This document shows, piece after piece, positions 10,203 to 19,251 of a stretch of 64,000 nt of DNA. This DNA comes from Candidatus Omnitrophota bacterium (GTDB taxonomy: Bacteria; Omnitrophota; Omnitrophia; Omnitrophales; Aquincolibacteriaceae): contig JAUYMS010000028.1 of the NCBI GenBank assembly GCA_030698625.1, forward strand, positions 3,854 to 67,853. Direction: 5' to 3'. The notes below the pieces were generated by a model, which saw nothing but the letters and a program-made list of their open reading frames with translations, did no database searches and was not told the origin of the DNA. Position 1 is the stretch's first letter, and each line of letters opens with the position of its first letter. The translations under genes were made by a program, and so were the position numbers.

Positions 10203-11231
10203 ATGCCCCAACAATCACAAGCCAATCAGCAGACTTTAACCCCCGAACAGACCTACTTCACAGGCAAGCAGATCCTTGTAACCGGAGGCGCTGGGTTCCT
10301 GGGTAGTTTTCTATCTGAGGATCTTGTTGCCTGCGGTGCCAAAGTCACGATTTTTGACCGCTTCACTCACGGGCGAAGCCGTGTGCGGGGTCTCGAGAGC
10401 CATGAGTCGGTGGAGGTCATTCAGGGCAATGTGCAAAATTACAAAGAGCTTGTGCGTGCCGTTCGGGGTAAGGACTTAATCTGGCATTTGGCGGGTAACA
10501 CGGATATTCCTGCGGGACTTCGCGACACGAGTCTTGATCTGAAGGACGGCATCATTGCGACGCAAAATGTGCTGGAGGCCATGCGTGAGGCCGGTGTGAT
10601 GAAACTAGCTTTTCCTTCCTCGGGTGCCATCTACGGAGAACAGACATCCGGATTGCGCCGTGAAGATAAGGGCCCGACCCTCCCGATATCCCTTTACGGT
10701 GCGGGCAAGGTTTCCTGCGAAGCGTTTATAAGCGCTTATGCGCACTTATTTGATATTCAAGCATGGATCTTCCGCTTCGGCAATGTTATCAGCGGACGCA
10801 TTACGCACGGCGCTATCCGTGATTTTATCCGTAAGCTGCGTGCGAATCCGAAAGAGCTGGAAGTTCTTGGTGACGGGACTCAGACGAAGAGCTATCTCCT
10901 GGCGGAGGAATGTATCGAGGGTATGCGTTATACCATAGCGCACACAAACATTGAGGACGGCGCGGGCTTCTGCCACCTCTACAATCTCGGTGCTCCCGAC
11001 GAAACGGCTGTGCTCGACATTGCAAAGATCGTTATCGGGGAAATGGGCCTGCCGGGCTGCACGATCAAACTGAAGGGCGGAGAGCGCGGGTGGAGAGGCG
11101 ATCAAGCCAAGATTGCGCTCGACATCTCAAAGCTCCGCGCTTTCGGATGGGAACCCAAACACTCCTCCGATGATGCCGTGCGGATTTCCGTACGCCGGAT
11201 GATTGAGCAGAAGGGGATTGAGGATGAATAA
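10203..11231 (+). CDS. NAD-dependent nucleotide-sugar epimerase (extended SDR)
   Basis: TGGAGFLG, SSGAIYG, YGAGK, RFGNV. Confidence 0.9.
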   Translation: MPQQSQANQQTLTPEQTYFTGKQILVTGGAGFLGSFLSEDLVACGAKVTIFDRFTHGRSRVRGLESHESVEVIQGNVQNYKELVRAVRGKDLIWHLAGNTDIPAGLRDTSLDLKDGIIATQNVLEAMREAGVMKLAFPSSGAIYGEQTSGLRREDKGPTLPISLYGAGKVSCEAFISAYAHLFDIQAWIFRFGNVISGRITHGAIRDFIRKLRANPKELEVLGDGTQTKSYLLAEECIEGMRYTIAHTNIEDGAGFCHLYNLGAPDETAVLDIAKIVIGEMGLPGCTIKLKGGERGWRGDQAKIALDISKLRAFGWEPKHSSDDAVRISVRRMIEQKGIEDE

Positions 11232-12543
11232 GGTCTGTGTCGCAGGTCTGTGGCATTTGGGGCTCGTAAGCGCGGCGACGCTCGCGGAGCTGGGTTTTCG
11301 TGTGACAGGCTTCGAGGCCGATACTCCGAAAATTGAGAATTTGCGTCAGGGAAAGCTCCCGCTTTATGAGCCCGGGTTGGAGGAGCTCGTCAGCGCTCAC
11401 CTTAAGAAGTCTTCGCTCCAGTTCGAAGATGACCCTGTCCGGGCCGTGAGCCAGGCGCAGGTCGTACTGATTACCTTTGATACTCCGGTTGATGACGAAG
11501 ACCGCGTGGACCTATCTGAGTTAGACAGCACCATCACACTAATCACGCCGCATCTGGATAAGAATGCGGTTGTGATTATTCATAGTCAGGTTCCCGTCGG
11601 TACGTCCGAGCGATGGCAAGTTGAGATCGACACAAAACGCCCCGGGGCGAGTATTGACGTCGTGTGTAGTCCCGAAAATTTGAGGTTGGGATGCGCCTTG
11701 GAACTTTACAAGAAGCCCGACATGATTGTCGTGGGAAGTGATTCGGAGCGCGCTCGAAAGAAGGCTGCGACATTCTTCGCTTTTTTTGATGCTCAAAAGA
11801 TTTATGTTTCACGGCGTACGGCTGAAATGGCTAAGCATGCCCTGAATGTTTTTTTTGCGACGAGTATCAGTTTTGCCAATCAGCTCGGAAACCTGTGCGA
11901 TCAAGTGGGCGCTGACGGCATGGAGATCGCGAGGATCTTGAAAGCAGACGGCCGTATCGGAAAACGGGCACAGGTAAGGCCGGGGCTGGGATTTGCCGGG
12001 GCTACCCTTGCGCGGGACCTTCGAGCCTTGCAGCGCTTGGGACATGAGGTCGGCGAGCCAACGCCGTTGATTGATGCGGTTCTTGACATTAACCAGCGCC
12101 AGACAGAGCGTGTGGTCCGGCTGATAGCACAGTATTTTGAAGGGGATATGCGGGGGAAGGTGGTCACGGTTCTGGGCTTAACGTACAAGCCGGGGACCAG
12201 TACGTTGAGGCGTTCTGCGGCACTCGAAATTATCCAGAAATTGCAGAACTTGGGAGCCGAAGTGCGGGCTCACGATCCGAAGGCTGACATTGGCGAGTAC
12301 TCGGGTAAGGTCCCTTTTGAATTTATCCGGGATCCCTATGAAGCGGTAGCCGGCGCTCATGCAATCTTGCTCACGACGGAATGGCCGGAGTATCGAGATC
12401 TCGACTTCGCAAAGATTCGCGAACGCATGAGCGGGGCTGTGATTCTTGATGCAAAAAACCATCTGGATGCAAAAAAAATCCGTGAGAAGGGTTTCGTCTA
12501 CCTGGAACTAGGGCGAGGGCAGTTAGCCGGGGAGAAAGTATGA
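11224..12543 (+). CDS. UDP-glucose/GDP-mannose dehydrogenase family protein lacking the catalytic Cys
   Basis: LYEPGL, SPENLR, AEMAKHALN, LGLTYKP; GFAGATLARD in place of GGSCFPKD. Confidence 0.85.
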   Translation: MNKVCVAGLWHLGLVSAATLAELGFRVTGFEADTPKIENLRQGKLPLYEPGLEELVSAHLKKSSLQFEDDPVRAVSQAQVVLITFDTPVDDEDRVDLSELDSTITLITPHLDKNAVVIIHSQVPVGTSERWQVEIDTKRPGASIDVVCSPENLRLGCALELYKKPDMIVVGSDSERARKKAATFFAFFDAQKIYVSRRTAEMAKHALNVFFATSISFANQLGNLCDQVGADGMEIARILKADGRIGKRAQVRPGLGFAGATLARDLRALQRLGHEVGEPTPLIDAVLDINQRQTERVVRLIAQYFEGDMRGKVVTVLGLTYKPGTSTLRRSAALEIIQKLQNLGAEVRAHDPKADIGEYSGKVPFEFIRDPYEAVAGAHAILLTTEWPEYRDLDFAKIRERMSGAVILDAKNHLDAKKIREKGFVYLELGRGQLAGEKV

Positions 12544-13559
12544 TGAGGGTCGGAATTGTCGGAGCGGGATTGCAGACCAAACGCCGTGCGCCGGTGTTTT
12601 CTCAGTCGAAAGACGCGGAGCTTGTGGTTATCTCAGCGGAGCATGAAGAGCACGCGAAGGCCATGGCGGAACAATTTAATTGCGAGTTTGCGCGGGGATG
12701 GGATTGGGTGGGCGAACGCGACGATTTGGATGTGATCCTAGTGTGCACGCCTCCCGATTTACATGAGAAAATCTCGATATTGGCGATGCGCACGGGCAAG
12801 CACGTGCTGTGTGAAAAGCCGCTTGCGCGCACGTTGGAAGAATGCCGGAACATGATAGCCGTCTCGAAGGAGACGGGCAAGGTGTTGAAATGTGGTTTTA
12901 ACCACCGCCATCACCCTGCCGTCTTAGAAGCCAAGCGGCAAGTTGATGCGGGCAAGATCGGCAAGCCGCTTTTTGCGCGAAGCCGCTACGGGATTATCGG
13001 TATGCCGGGCCGCGAGAAGGAATGGCGTGCGGATCCGGCGCGTGCCAGCGGCGGCCATCTGATGGAGCAGGGGATTCACGCGGTGGATTTGTCCCGGTGG
13101 TTCCTCGGAGATTTCCAGGAAGTGGCCTGTTTTCGGGAGACTCAGTATTGGTCCTTCGGTGACCTCGAAGACAACGCTTTCATGATGCTGAGAGGAAACG
13201 AGGGGCGCATGGCGTCGATCCATACTTCGCTCCTGCAATGGAAGAATCTGTTTTCCCTCGAGATCTACGGCGAAGAAGGGTATTTTGAGATCGAGGGGCT
13301 TGGGGGCTCTTATGGCACCGAAAAACTGCACTATTGTCCGAAGCACTATGACAGGCCCTTTGAGGTGCAGACGACCGAGTTCCGCGGAGGAGATACGTCG
13401 TGGCAGTTGGAGTGGGACGAATTTGTTGCCGCCATCAACGAAGATCGTGAACCCTTAGGGAGCGCGTTTGACGGGATGGAGGCGATGCGTCTTGTTTTTG
13501 AAGGTTATCGCTTTTCGGATGAACAGTCAGCGCGTCGGTCGGCGAACCCTGTTAGCTAG
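12540..13559 (+). CDS. Gfo/Idh/MocA oxidoreductase
   Basis: GIVGAG, HVLCEKP, GFNHR, GGHLMEQGIH. Confidence 0.9.
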   Translation: MMRVGIVGAGLQTKRRAPVFSQSKDAELVVISAEHEEHAKAMAEQFNCEFARGWDWVGERDDLDVILVCTPPDLHEKISILAMRTGKHVLCEKPLARTLEECRNMIAVSKETGKVLKCGFNHRHHPAVLEAKRQVDAGKIGKPLFARSRYGIIGMPGREKEWRADPARASGGHLMEQGIHAVDLSRWFLGDFQEVACFRETQYWSFGDLEDNAFMMLRGNEGRMASIHTSLLQWKNLFSLEIYGEEGYFEIEGLGGSYGTEKLHYCPKHYDRPFEVQTTEFRGGDTSWQLEWDEFVAAINEDREPLGSAFDGMEAMRLVFEGYRFSDEQSARRSANPVS

Positions 13560-14168
13560 TCTTCTCTTTTCAATTGCGGCGATCTTCCGAGCCGCCTCCC
13601 AAAGATCCTTCACGATGTAGTCGGGTTTTGCGCCTTTTTTTTCCATGAGCCTCAACCAATCCAACTTAACTTGACCGACTAATAGGGTCGTGCAGCCGGC
13701 TCGCTTTCCTGCCTGGATATCATTGATGCCGTCCCCAACCATATAGGAAGTCCTTAGGTCGATATTAAGATCGCGTGCCGCTTGTTTCAAAAGCCCCGGT
13801 TTAGGTTTGCGGCAGGGGCAATTCCTACGCAGGCGCCCATAACCTTTGGTAGGATGACAGACGCAGTAATAGATTCCGTCGAGGGCGGCCCCCTCTTTCT
13901 TGAGCAGTCGCACCATCTTTCGGGTGATATCGTTCAAGGCTTTTTCGGTGAAATGCCGCATGGCCAATCCGGGTTGGTTTGAGGCGATGACGGCCTTTAG
14001 ACCGATACAGTTTAGTCGCCGTACGGCTTTAGCTGCGTGCGGCAGGAGCCGGAATTGTTTTGCGGTGAAGGGTGTCTCTATGATTCCCATCTCTTCATGG
14101 AAGATAATATCGTTGATGACGCCGTCACGATCGAGAAAAACCGCACTCGACTTCTGGTTAACTGACAT
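13527..14168 (-). CDS. gmhB: Heptose/octose bisphosphate phosphatase (HAD IIIA, GmhB family)
   Basis: FLDRDGVIN, SNQ, CxH...CxCRKPKPG, GDGINDI. Confidence 0.88.
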   Translation of the reverse strand: MSVNQKSSAVFLDRDGVINDIIFHEEMGIIETPFTAKQFRLLPHAAKAVRRLNCIGLKAVIASNQPGLAMRHFTEKALNDITRKMVRLLKKEGAALDGIYYCVCHPTKGYGRLRRNCPCRKPKPGLLKQAARDLNIDLRTSYMVGDGINDIQAGKRAGCTTLLVGQVKLDWLRLMEKKGAKPDYIVKDLWEAARKIAAIEKRRLANRVRRPTR

Positions 14169-14880
14169 GCGTTCTCCTGCTCGTGCGCAGAAGCTTCTCC
14201 CGCACATTGGCAAGTCCGTCGGGTGTGCCGACGTCGAGAGGAGGTTCGGCGATCGGGTAGGCCTGCAGGCCGCCCTCTGCGGCAATTTTCGCGAGTACAT
14301 CGACTTCGAGCGAAAACTTCACGTCGGATTCGAAATAGTCAAACAGGGCCTTCGAGAACAGCTTGATCCCGCTATCGACATAATCCTTGCCGGCCGGGTT
14401 TATATAATCGTAGGCCTCAATGATGCGGCGATCCTCGGACAATTTTACATTGCTGCGAAATAAGGGCGGCGAGTTCCTCCAGCATGCGAGCAAGCCGATA
14501 AAACGAGACGCATCAAACCGGTCATCAAAATCGCGGTAATCAAGTGTGAGATAATTATCACCGCTGACGACAAAGAATCGGTCATGTAAAAGCCCTCGTG
14601 CCTGCTTGATTGCCCCGCCGGTGCCGAGCAGCTCCTTTTCAAAGGAATATTGAATCTTATAGCCCCACGCTGATCCGTCAGCAAAATACTCTTGGATTTT
14701 GTCGGCTCGGTGGCCGACGCATAGCACGAAATTCTTTATGCCGTAACTGCCTAAATGATCAAGCAGCCACTCGAGAAAAGGCTTATCGCCGACGGGCACC
14801 ATAGGTTTCGGCAGGTCCCGGGTAATGTCGCCGAGTCGGGTACCCAATCCGCCGGCTAAGATTAAGGCTTGCTCAGTCAC
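14158..14880 (-). CDS. Sugar-1-phosphate nucleotidyltransferase (HddC-like)
   Basis: LAGGLGTRL...PKPM, EKELLGTGGAI. Confidence 0.85.
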   Translation of the reverse strand: MTEQALILAGGLGTRLGDITRDLPKPMVPVGDKPFLEWLLDHLGSYGIKNFVLCVGHRADKIQEYFADGSAWGYKIQYSFEKELLGTGGAIKQARGLLHDRFFVVSGDNYLTLDYRDFDDRFDASRFIGLLACWRNSPPLFRSNVKLSEDRRIIEAYDYINPAGKDYVDSGIKLFSKALFDYFESDVKFSLEVDVLAKIAAEGGLQAYPIAEPPLDVGTPDGLANVREKLLRTSRRTHVS

Positions 14881-14883
14881 GTG

Positions 14884-15534
14884 CTAGGCGAGAGTTTTCG
14901 TTCCCTGCCAAGCGTTGAGAAACTCCTGGATGGTCAACTCTGTTTGGGGGTGATAAGCCAGGGCAGGGAAGAATTTGTAGGGAACTGTGATAATGTCGGC
15001 GCCCGCCAAGGCGGCGTCATTAATCTGGGTGAGCAGGCGGATGCTCCCCACGATAATTTTGGTGGTGAAATTACTTTGTTTGAACAGCTGTGCCGACTGA
15101 CGGATGACATCCAACCCGTCATGGCCCAGATCCGAGATGCGGGAATAGAAGATGCTTGCATAAGTTGCACCCGCACTGGCCGCCAACATCGCCTGATTGA
15201 CTGTCATGATGGCCGTGACATTTGTCTTGATTCCCTTATTCTTGAGAACGCTTGCAGCTTCAAGGCCGGCTGGCGACATCGGCAGCTTGACGACAATGTG
15301 TTTGCTCCACGCCGCAAGCTTCTGGGCTTCGATAATCATTTCGGCGGGGTCATTGGTCGTCACTTCAACGCTCAGAGGTCCGGAGACGATCTCAAGAATC
15401 TCCTCGACACGCGTGCGCAGATCAACACCCTCCTTGGCGAAGATCTTGGGGTTGGTGGTCACGCCGCGTATAACACCCCAGCGTGCGATTTCGCGTATCT
15501 CGTCAATATTGGCCGTATCGATAAAAAGTTCCAT
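14884..15534 (-). CDS. Small transaldolase (FSA/TalC family, transaldolase-type residues)
   Basis: FIDTA, GVTTNP, VVKLP Schiff-base Lys, NVT; Glu in SVEV and Phe in YASIF are transaldolase-type rather than FSA-type. Confidence 0.88.
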   Translation of the reverse strand: MELFIDTANIDEIREIARWGVIRGVTTNPKIFAKEGVDLRTRVEEILEIVSGPLSVEVTTNDPAEMIIEAQKLAAWSKHIVVKLPMSPAGLEAASVLKNKGIKTNVTAIMTVNQAMLAASAGATYASIFYSRISDLGHDGLDVIRQSAQLFKQSNFTTKIIVGSIRLLTQINDAALAGADIITVPYKFFPALAYHPQTELTIQEFLNAWQGTKTLA

Positions 15535-15552
15535 GGGTCTCTCCTTTAGGGG

Positions 15553-16194
15553 TTATGCCGAGGCGCAGGTGGTGATTCGCGATTCGGCTCCCTCGGTGGA
15601 TGCGATTTTCTCGATCAGACGGTTACAGACCAAATGACCGAGGGCCAAGTGAAAACTTTCGACATGCTGAGTGTTATGAAAGGGGACGGTAACGCAGATG
15701 TCGCAGATTTCCTTCATGACACCTCCGTCGTAGCCGCTAAAGCCGATGGTTTTCACGCCGTGTTCCTTGGCGATGAGATAAGCTTTCAGAAGATTCTGCG
15801 ACCACATGCCTGCTTTGTCTTTGCCGGAGCCGCCGTGCGCACTGAAGCCGACGAGTGTGTCGCCGGGCTCGATAAAATTGAGCATTTGTTCGGAGTAGAG
15901 ATTGTCGAATCCGTTATCGTTGACGAGCGCCGTCGTTAGAGCCATGTTGTCGGTCAAGCCGATGACCTTGAATCTCTTCTTGCCGGGCAGGGCTGTGCAC
16001 TTGCCGAAATCATTAACGAGATGCGAAGCGGTCGAACCGGAGCCGCCATTTCCCATCAGGTACATGCGTTTACCGTTTGCCCAGGTTCCGTAGACAGCGT
16101 CGATGATCTGATCGATCTTGTCACGGTCGAGGGTGTCGACGATGGATTTCATTTCACTCAAATATTGATCGATGTAATCACGGTTTGTTTTCAC
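15553..16194 (-). CDS. gmhA: SIS-domain phosphosugar isomerase (GmhA family)
   Basis: GNGGSGSTASH, ALVND, GFSGYDGG, VESFH. Confidence 0.82.
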   Translation of the reverse strand: MKTNRDYIDQYLSEMKSIVDTLDRDKIDQIIDAVYGTWANGKRMYLMGNGGSGSTASHLVNDFGKCTALPGKKRFKVIGLTDNMALTTALVNDNGFDNLYSEQMLNFIEPGDTLVGFSAHGGSGKDKAGMWSQNLLKAYLIAKEHGVKTIGFSGYDGGVMKEICDICVTVPFHNTQHVESFHLALGHLVCNRLIEKIASTEGAESRITTCASA

Positions 16195-16226
16195 TCGGTT
16201 TCTCCTTTAATTTACGCCTACTGGTT

Positions 16227-17252
16227 CTAGACCAGAGCCGCTTTGGTATGTTTGTTCCGGATTCCGTCATCGACGAGTACCGTCGTGCCGGTAAAATCAA
16301 ATGAGAACTTGAGTTCTTCCAGTTCCTCGGCGGCCATAGCTTCGCGCAATCTCTGCCGGTTGACCGGGTCGGAAGAGTGAAGCATGAGATATCCGCCGCC
16401 GCCGGCGCCTATGATCTTGCCCGCACTCGCACCGTTGTCCAGGGCCGTTTCGTAGAGGCGGTGAATACGTCCGTTTGAAACCATGTCGGAAAGCTTCTGT
16501 TTTGCTTCCCAATGCTCGCGCAGGAAATCGGCATAGCGGTCAATCTCTCCTGTGCGAAGAATCTCCTCGATCTGGATTCCGAGATTCTTAATTCTGTGAA
16601 GATTGTCCAGCGTCCGGGTTTCTTTTTTTACGCCTCGAACCAGTGCCTGCTGAACCTTGAAGGAGTTTCTTTTGATGCCGGTATAGAAGAGAAGGATGTC
16701 ATTTTCGAGGCGATCGATGGATTCGTGCGAAATTTGAACGGGGCTCACAACAACGCCGCCGCCCGGCTCAAAGACCATGCGTGAGATTCCGCCGAAAGCC
16801 GCAATGTACTGATCCTGCTTGCCGCCGGCTTCGGCCAGAATTTCGCGCTCAATGCGACATGCCATGTGTGCAATCTCGTATTGGGTCATGCGCAGACCCT
16901 TGTGGGCCGCCAATGCCGCGATGAGACCGACCGTAAAACTGCTCGAACTGCCAAGTCCCGTGTCCGAGGGGACATCGGCAAAAGAAATAATTTCGATGCC
17001 TGTATCCTTGATGCGGAACAGTTTCATGGCTTCTCGGACTACCGGATGCTGAACTTCATCGGCCGTGTTGACGATTTCGCGCTTGGAGTAACAAATGCGG
17101 ATACTCTTATCAAAACTGCTGTGGATGACAATATAGATATACTGATCTAGTGCCGCGCTTACGACGTAGCCGCCGAACTGCTCGTAATATTCCTTTACGT
17201 CAGTACCGCCGCCGCCGAGACAAATCCGGAGTGGTGTACGAGTGATGATCAT
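16227..17252 (-). CDS. hddA: GHMP sugar-phosphate kinase (HddA family)
   Basis: TRTPLRICLGGGGTD, GLGSSS, GKQDQY, GAGGGG. Confidence 0.85.
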   Translation of the reverse strand: MIITRTPLRICLGGGGTDVKEYYEQFGGYVVSAALDQYIYIVIHSSFDKSIRICYSKREIVNTADEVQHPVVREAMKLFRIKDTGIEIISFADVPSDTGLGSSSSFTVGLIAALAAHKGLRMTQYEIAHMACRIEREILAEAGGKQDQYIAAFGGISRMVFEPGGGVVVSPVQISHESIDRLENDILLFYTGIKRNSFKVQQALVRGVKKETRTLDNLHRIKNLGIQIEEILRTGEIDRYADFLREHWEAKQKLSDMVSNGRIHRLYETALDNGASAGKIIGAGGGGYLMLHSSDPVNRQRLREAMAAEELEELKFSFDFTGTTVLVDDGIRNKHTKAALV

Positions 17253-17262
17253 ATGGCTGGGT

Positions 17263-17292
17263 ATTATATCGGCGCGATTCGGAGGTTGTAAA
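17263..17292 (-). promoter_or_regulatory. Sigma70-like promoter TTTACA-N18-TATAAT for the minus-strand operon
   Basis: Consensus -10 box 10 nt upstream of the ATG at 17252. Confidence 0.6.
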
Positions 17293-17340
17293 GCGGTTAT
17301 TTTTGTAATCCATGTAGGCACAATATCTTACGATGATGCT

Positions 17341-17366
17341 GTAAGTTATTTAAAACAATGCGCTTA
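17341..17366. promoter_or_regulatory. Inverted-repeat site GTAAG-N17-CTTA (copy 1)
   Basis: GTAAGTTATTTAAAACAATGCGCTTA between divergent promoters; same arrangement at 44698. Confidence 0.45.
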
Positions 17367-17401
17367 GCTCGATATAAAGCTGAATGGCCCCTTAATAAGG
17401 G

Positions 17402-17429
17402 TTGATTCTCGCCTAAATTTCTCTAAAAT
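17402..17429 (+). promoter_or_regulatory. Sigma70-like promoter TTGATT-N16-TAAAAT
   Basis: AT-rich divergent intergenic region; ATG 11 nt downstream with no clear SD. Confidence 0.5.
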
Positions 17430-17440
17430 GTGAGCAATCT

Positions 17441-18181
17441 ATGAAGCCCTTTGTCATGCTCCCTACGTATAATGAAAGCGAGAATATCGCTCTTTTAATT
17501 GAGCAGATATTACGCGTATGCCCAAGTTGCCAGATCGTCGTCGTCGATGACGATTCCCCGGATGGGACATGGCGGATTGTGGAAGAGATTCGCGAGAGGG
17601 ATTCCAGGGTGCACCTAGTGCACCGCAAGAGCAATCGCGGCCGCGGTATTTCGGGGATTAAGGGGTTTCTTTATGCCCTCGACCACGGTGCGGATGCGGT
17701 TCTGGAAATGGACGCCGATTTTTCGCATGACCCATCTTATTTGCCGCACTTCTTTTCTTCAATTCAAGAATATGATGTGGTCTCCGGTTCAAGGTTCGTG
17801 CAGGGCGGTCGCGATGCCGACCGGGGATGGCTGCGGCAAAGGATTACCTACTTTGCTAATTTATATATACGTATCGTATTGCGCATTCAGCTTACCGACT
17901 GCAGTTCGGGGTTCCGTTGTTATCGCCGTGAAGTCTTGCAGAATTTGAATCTCCCCTCCATGGTCTCGATTGGCCCGTCGATCGTGCAGGAAATGCTCTT
18001 GCGGGCATGTCAATTGGGATACGATGTTTTGGAAATTCCCATTGAGTTCCGTGACCGCCAGAGGGGAAAGACAAAACTGACCTATCGGCATTTGATCAAC
18101 GGATTTCGGATGGTTTTGAAATTGCGTTTTTCAAAACCGCGGAAAAAACTCAAAGAGGGATCCCCTGAGGTTCCGGTATGA
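17441..18181 (+). CDS. Polyprenol-phosphate sugar synthase (DPM1-like GT2)
   Basis: PTYNE, VDDDSPDGT, MDADFSHDP, GSRFV, DCSSGFR. Confidence 0.9.
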   Translation: MKPFVMLPTYNESENIALLIEQILRVCPSCQIVVVDDDSPDGTWRIVEEIRERDSRVHLVHRKSNRGRGISGIKGFLYALDHGADAVLEMDADFSHDPSYLPHFFSSIQEYDVVSGSRFVQGGRDADRGWLRQRITYFANLYIRIVLRIQLTDCSSGFRCYRREVLQNLNLPSMVSIGPSIVQEMLLRACQLGYDVLEIPIEFRDRQRGKTKLTYRHLINGFRMVLKLRFSKPRKKLKEGSPEVPV

Positions 18182-19164
18182 AAGAAGTTGATATTCGCCC
18201 GGCTCATCTTGCCGATGAGTGTCAGAAGCTGTTCGAGAAGGAGTCCCGCTCAATGCTTCAAAGCGAAAGAGACTTCGTGGAAGTCTCTTGCCCTGCGTGT
18301 TCATCGGTATCGGGCGCTCTGGACTTCACGAAAGGGGGATATCAATTTAAAAAATGCGCCGAGTGCCGTACGGTTTACGTTAGTCCCCGGCCGACGGCAG
18401 AGATGCTGGGGGAGTATTACCGGAATAATGCGGCGGCCCATTTCTGGCAAACCCATATTTTTCCTCAAACGGAGAAGGCCCGGTTGCAAGGCATTCACAG
18501 GCCGCGCATCGACTTGGTGCTTAATGAAGCCGATAAGAATGGGGCGGGTGGAGAGGTCTTTGTAGAGGTCGGCGCGGGCTCAGGTATTTTTGGCCGCGAG
18601 CTGGCGAAGCGGAACCGCTTCAAAAAAGTAGTTTTGATTGAACCCGGGCCTATGAATCTTGAGAGTTCGGGGGTGATTGAGGTGATTAACTCGTCAATCG
18701 AGGAAGTTAACGTGGATCTGAAGGCGGATATGGCGGTCAACTTCGAGTTGATCGAACACCTGTTTTCGCCCGATGATTTTCTGAGCAACATTAGTCGCTC
18801 ATTGAATCCGGGAGGCCTTTTTTTATTTACGACACCCAATATGGAGGGATTGGAACTGTTGACCCTCTATGAAAAGTCGCCGGGCCTAGTAGCGCCGAAT
18901 CATCTGAATAATTTCAATCGGGACTCGATCCGGACGCTGGTTGAGCGGAACGGATTCGAGGTTGTCAGTGTGAGTACTCCCGGAGAGCTCGACTGCGATA
19001 TAGTCAGAAATAAACACCTTGAGGGCGTCATTGACCTCTCAACCCAGCCTTTCTTAAAGCACGTTCTTATCGATAGGCCCGAAGACTGTTTGGGTGCATT
19101 TCAACAATTTCTGAAAGAATCAGGGTTGTCTTCACATATGATGGTTGTGGTGAGGAAGCCATAA
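18178..19164 (+). CDS. Class I SAM methyltransferase with Zn ribbon
   Basis: CPAC...CAEC, EVGAGSG, FELIEH; paralog of the gene at 34233. Confidence 0.85.
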   Translation: MKEVDIRPAHLADECQKLFEKESRSMLQSERDFVEVSCPACSSVSGALDFTKGGYQFKKCAECRTVYVSPRPTAEMLGEYYRNNAAAHFWQTHIFPQTEKARLQGIHRPRIDLVLNEADKNGAGGEVFVEVGAGSGIFGRELAKRNRFKKVVLIEPGPMNLESSGVIEVINSSIEEVNVDLKADMAVNFELIEHLFSPDDFLSNISRSLNPGGLFLFTTPNMEGLELLTLYEKSPGLVAPNHLNNFNRDSIRTLVERNGFEVVSVSTPGELDCDIVRNKHLEGVIDLSTQPFLKHVLIDRPEDCLGAFQQFLKESGLSSHMMVVVRKP

Positions 19165-19251
19165 TGGATGCCGCCCGAAAAGCGGTATTAGATCCGGTCG
19201 TGGAGCGTTAAGCTTCCCTCACAGACCCCCCTAGAATTTCTAGCGACACGT

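Noticed and set aside
14869-15549. 226-aa + strand ORF antisense to the transaldolase, and the many other short overlapping ORFs in the track
   Set aside because: They are shadows of motif-bearing genes on the other strand or frame, with no recognisable motifs of their own
10203-17252. Complete lincosamide antibiotic cluster
   Set aside because: No alkylproline, condensation or resistance genes in the window; only the sugar-arm families are present
19164-19211. 15-aa ORF MDAARKAVLDPVVER and a weak CCGC/GCGG hairpin
   Set aside because: Too short with no downstream coupling; the hairpin has a short stem and no U-tract
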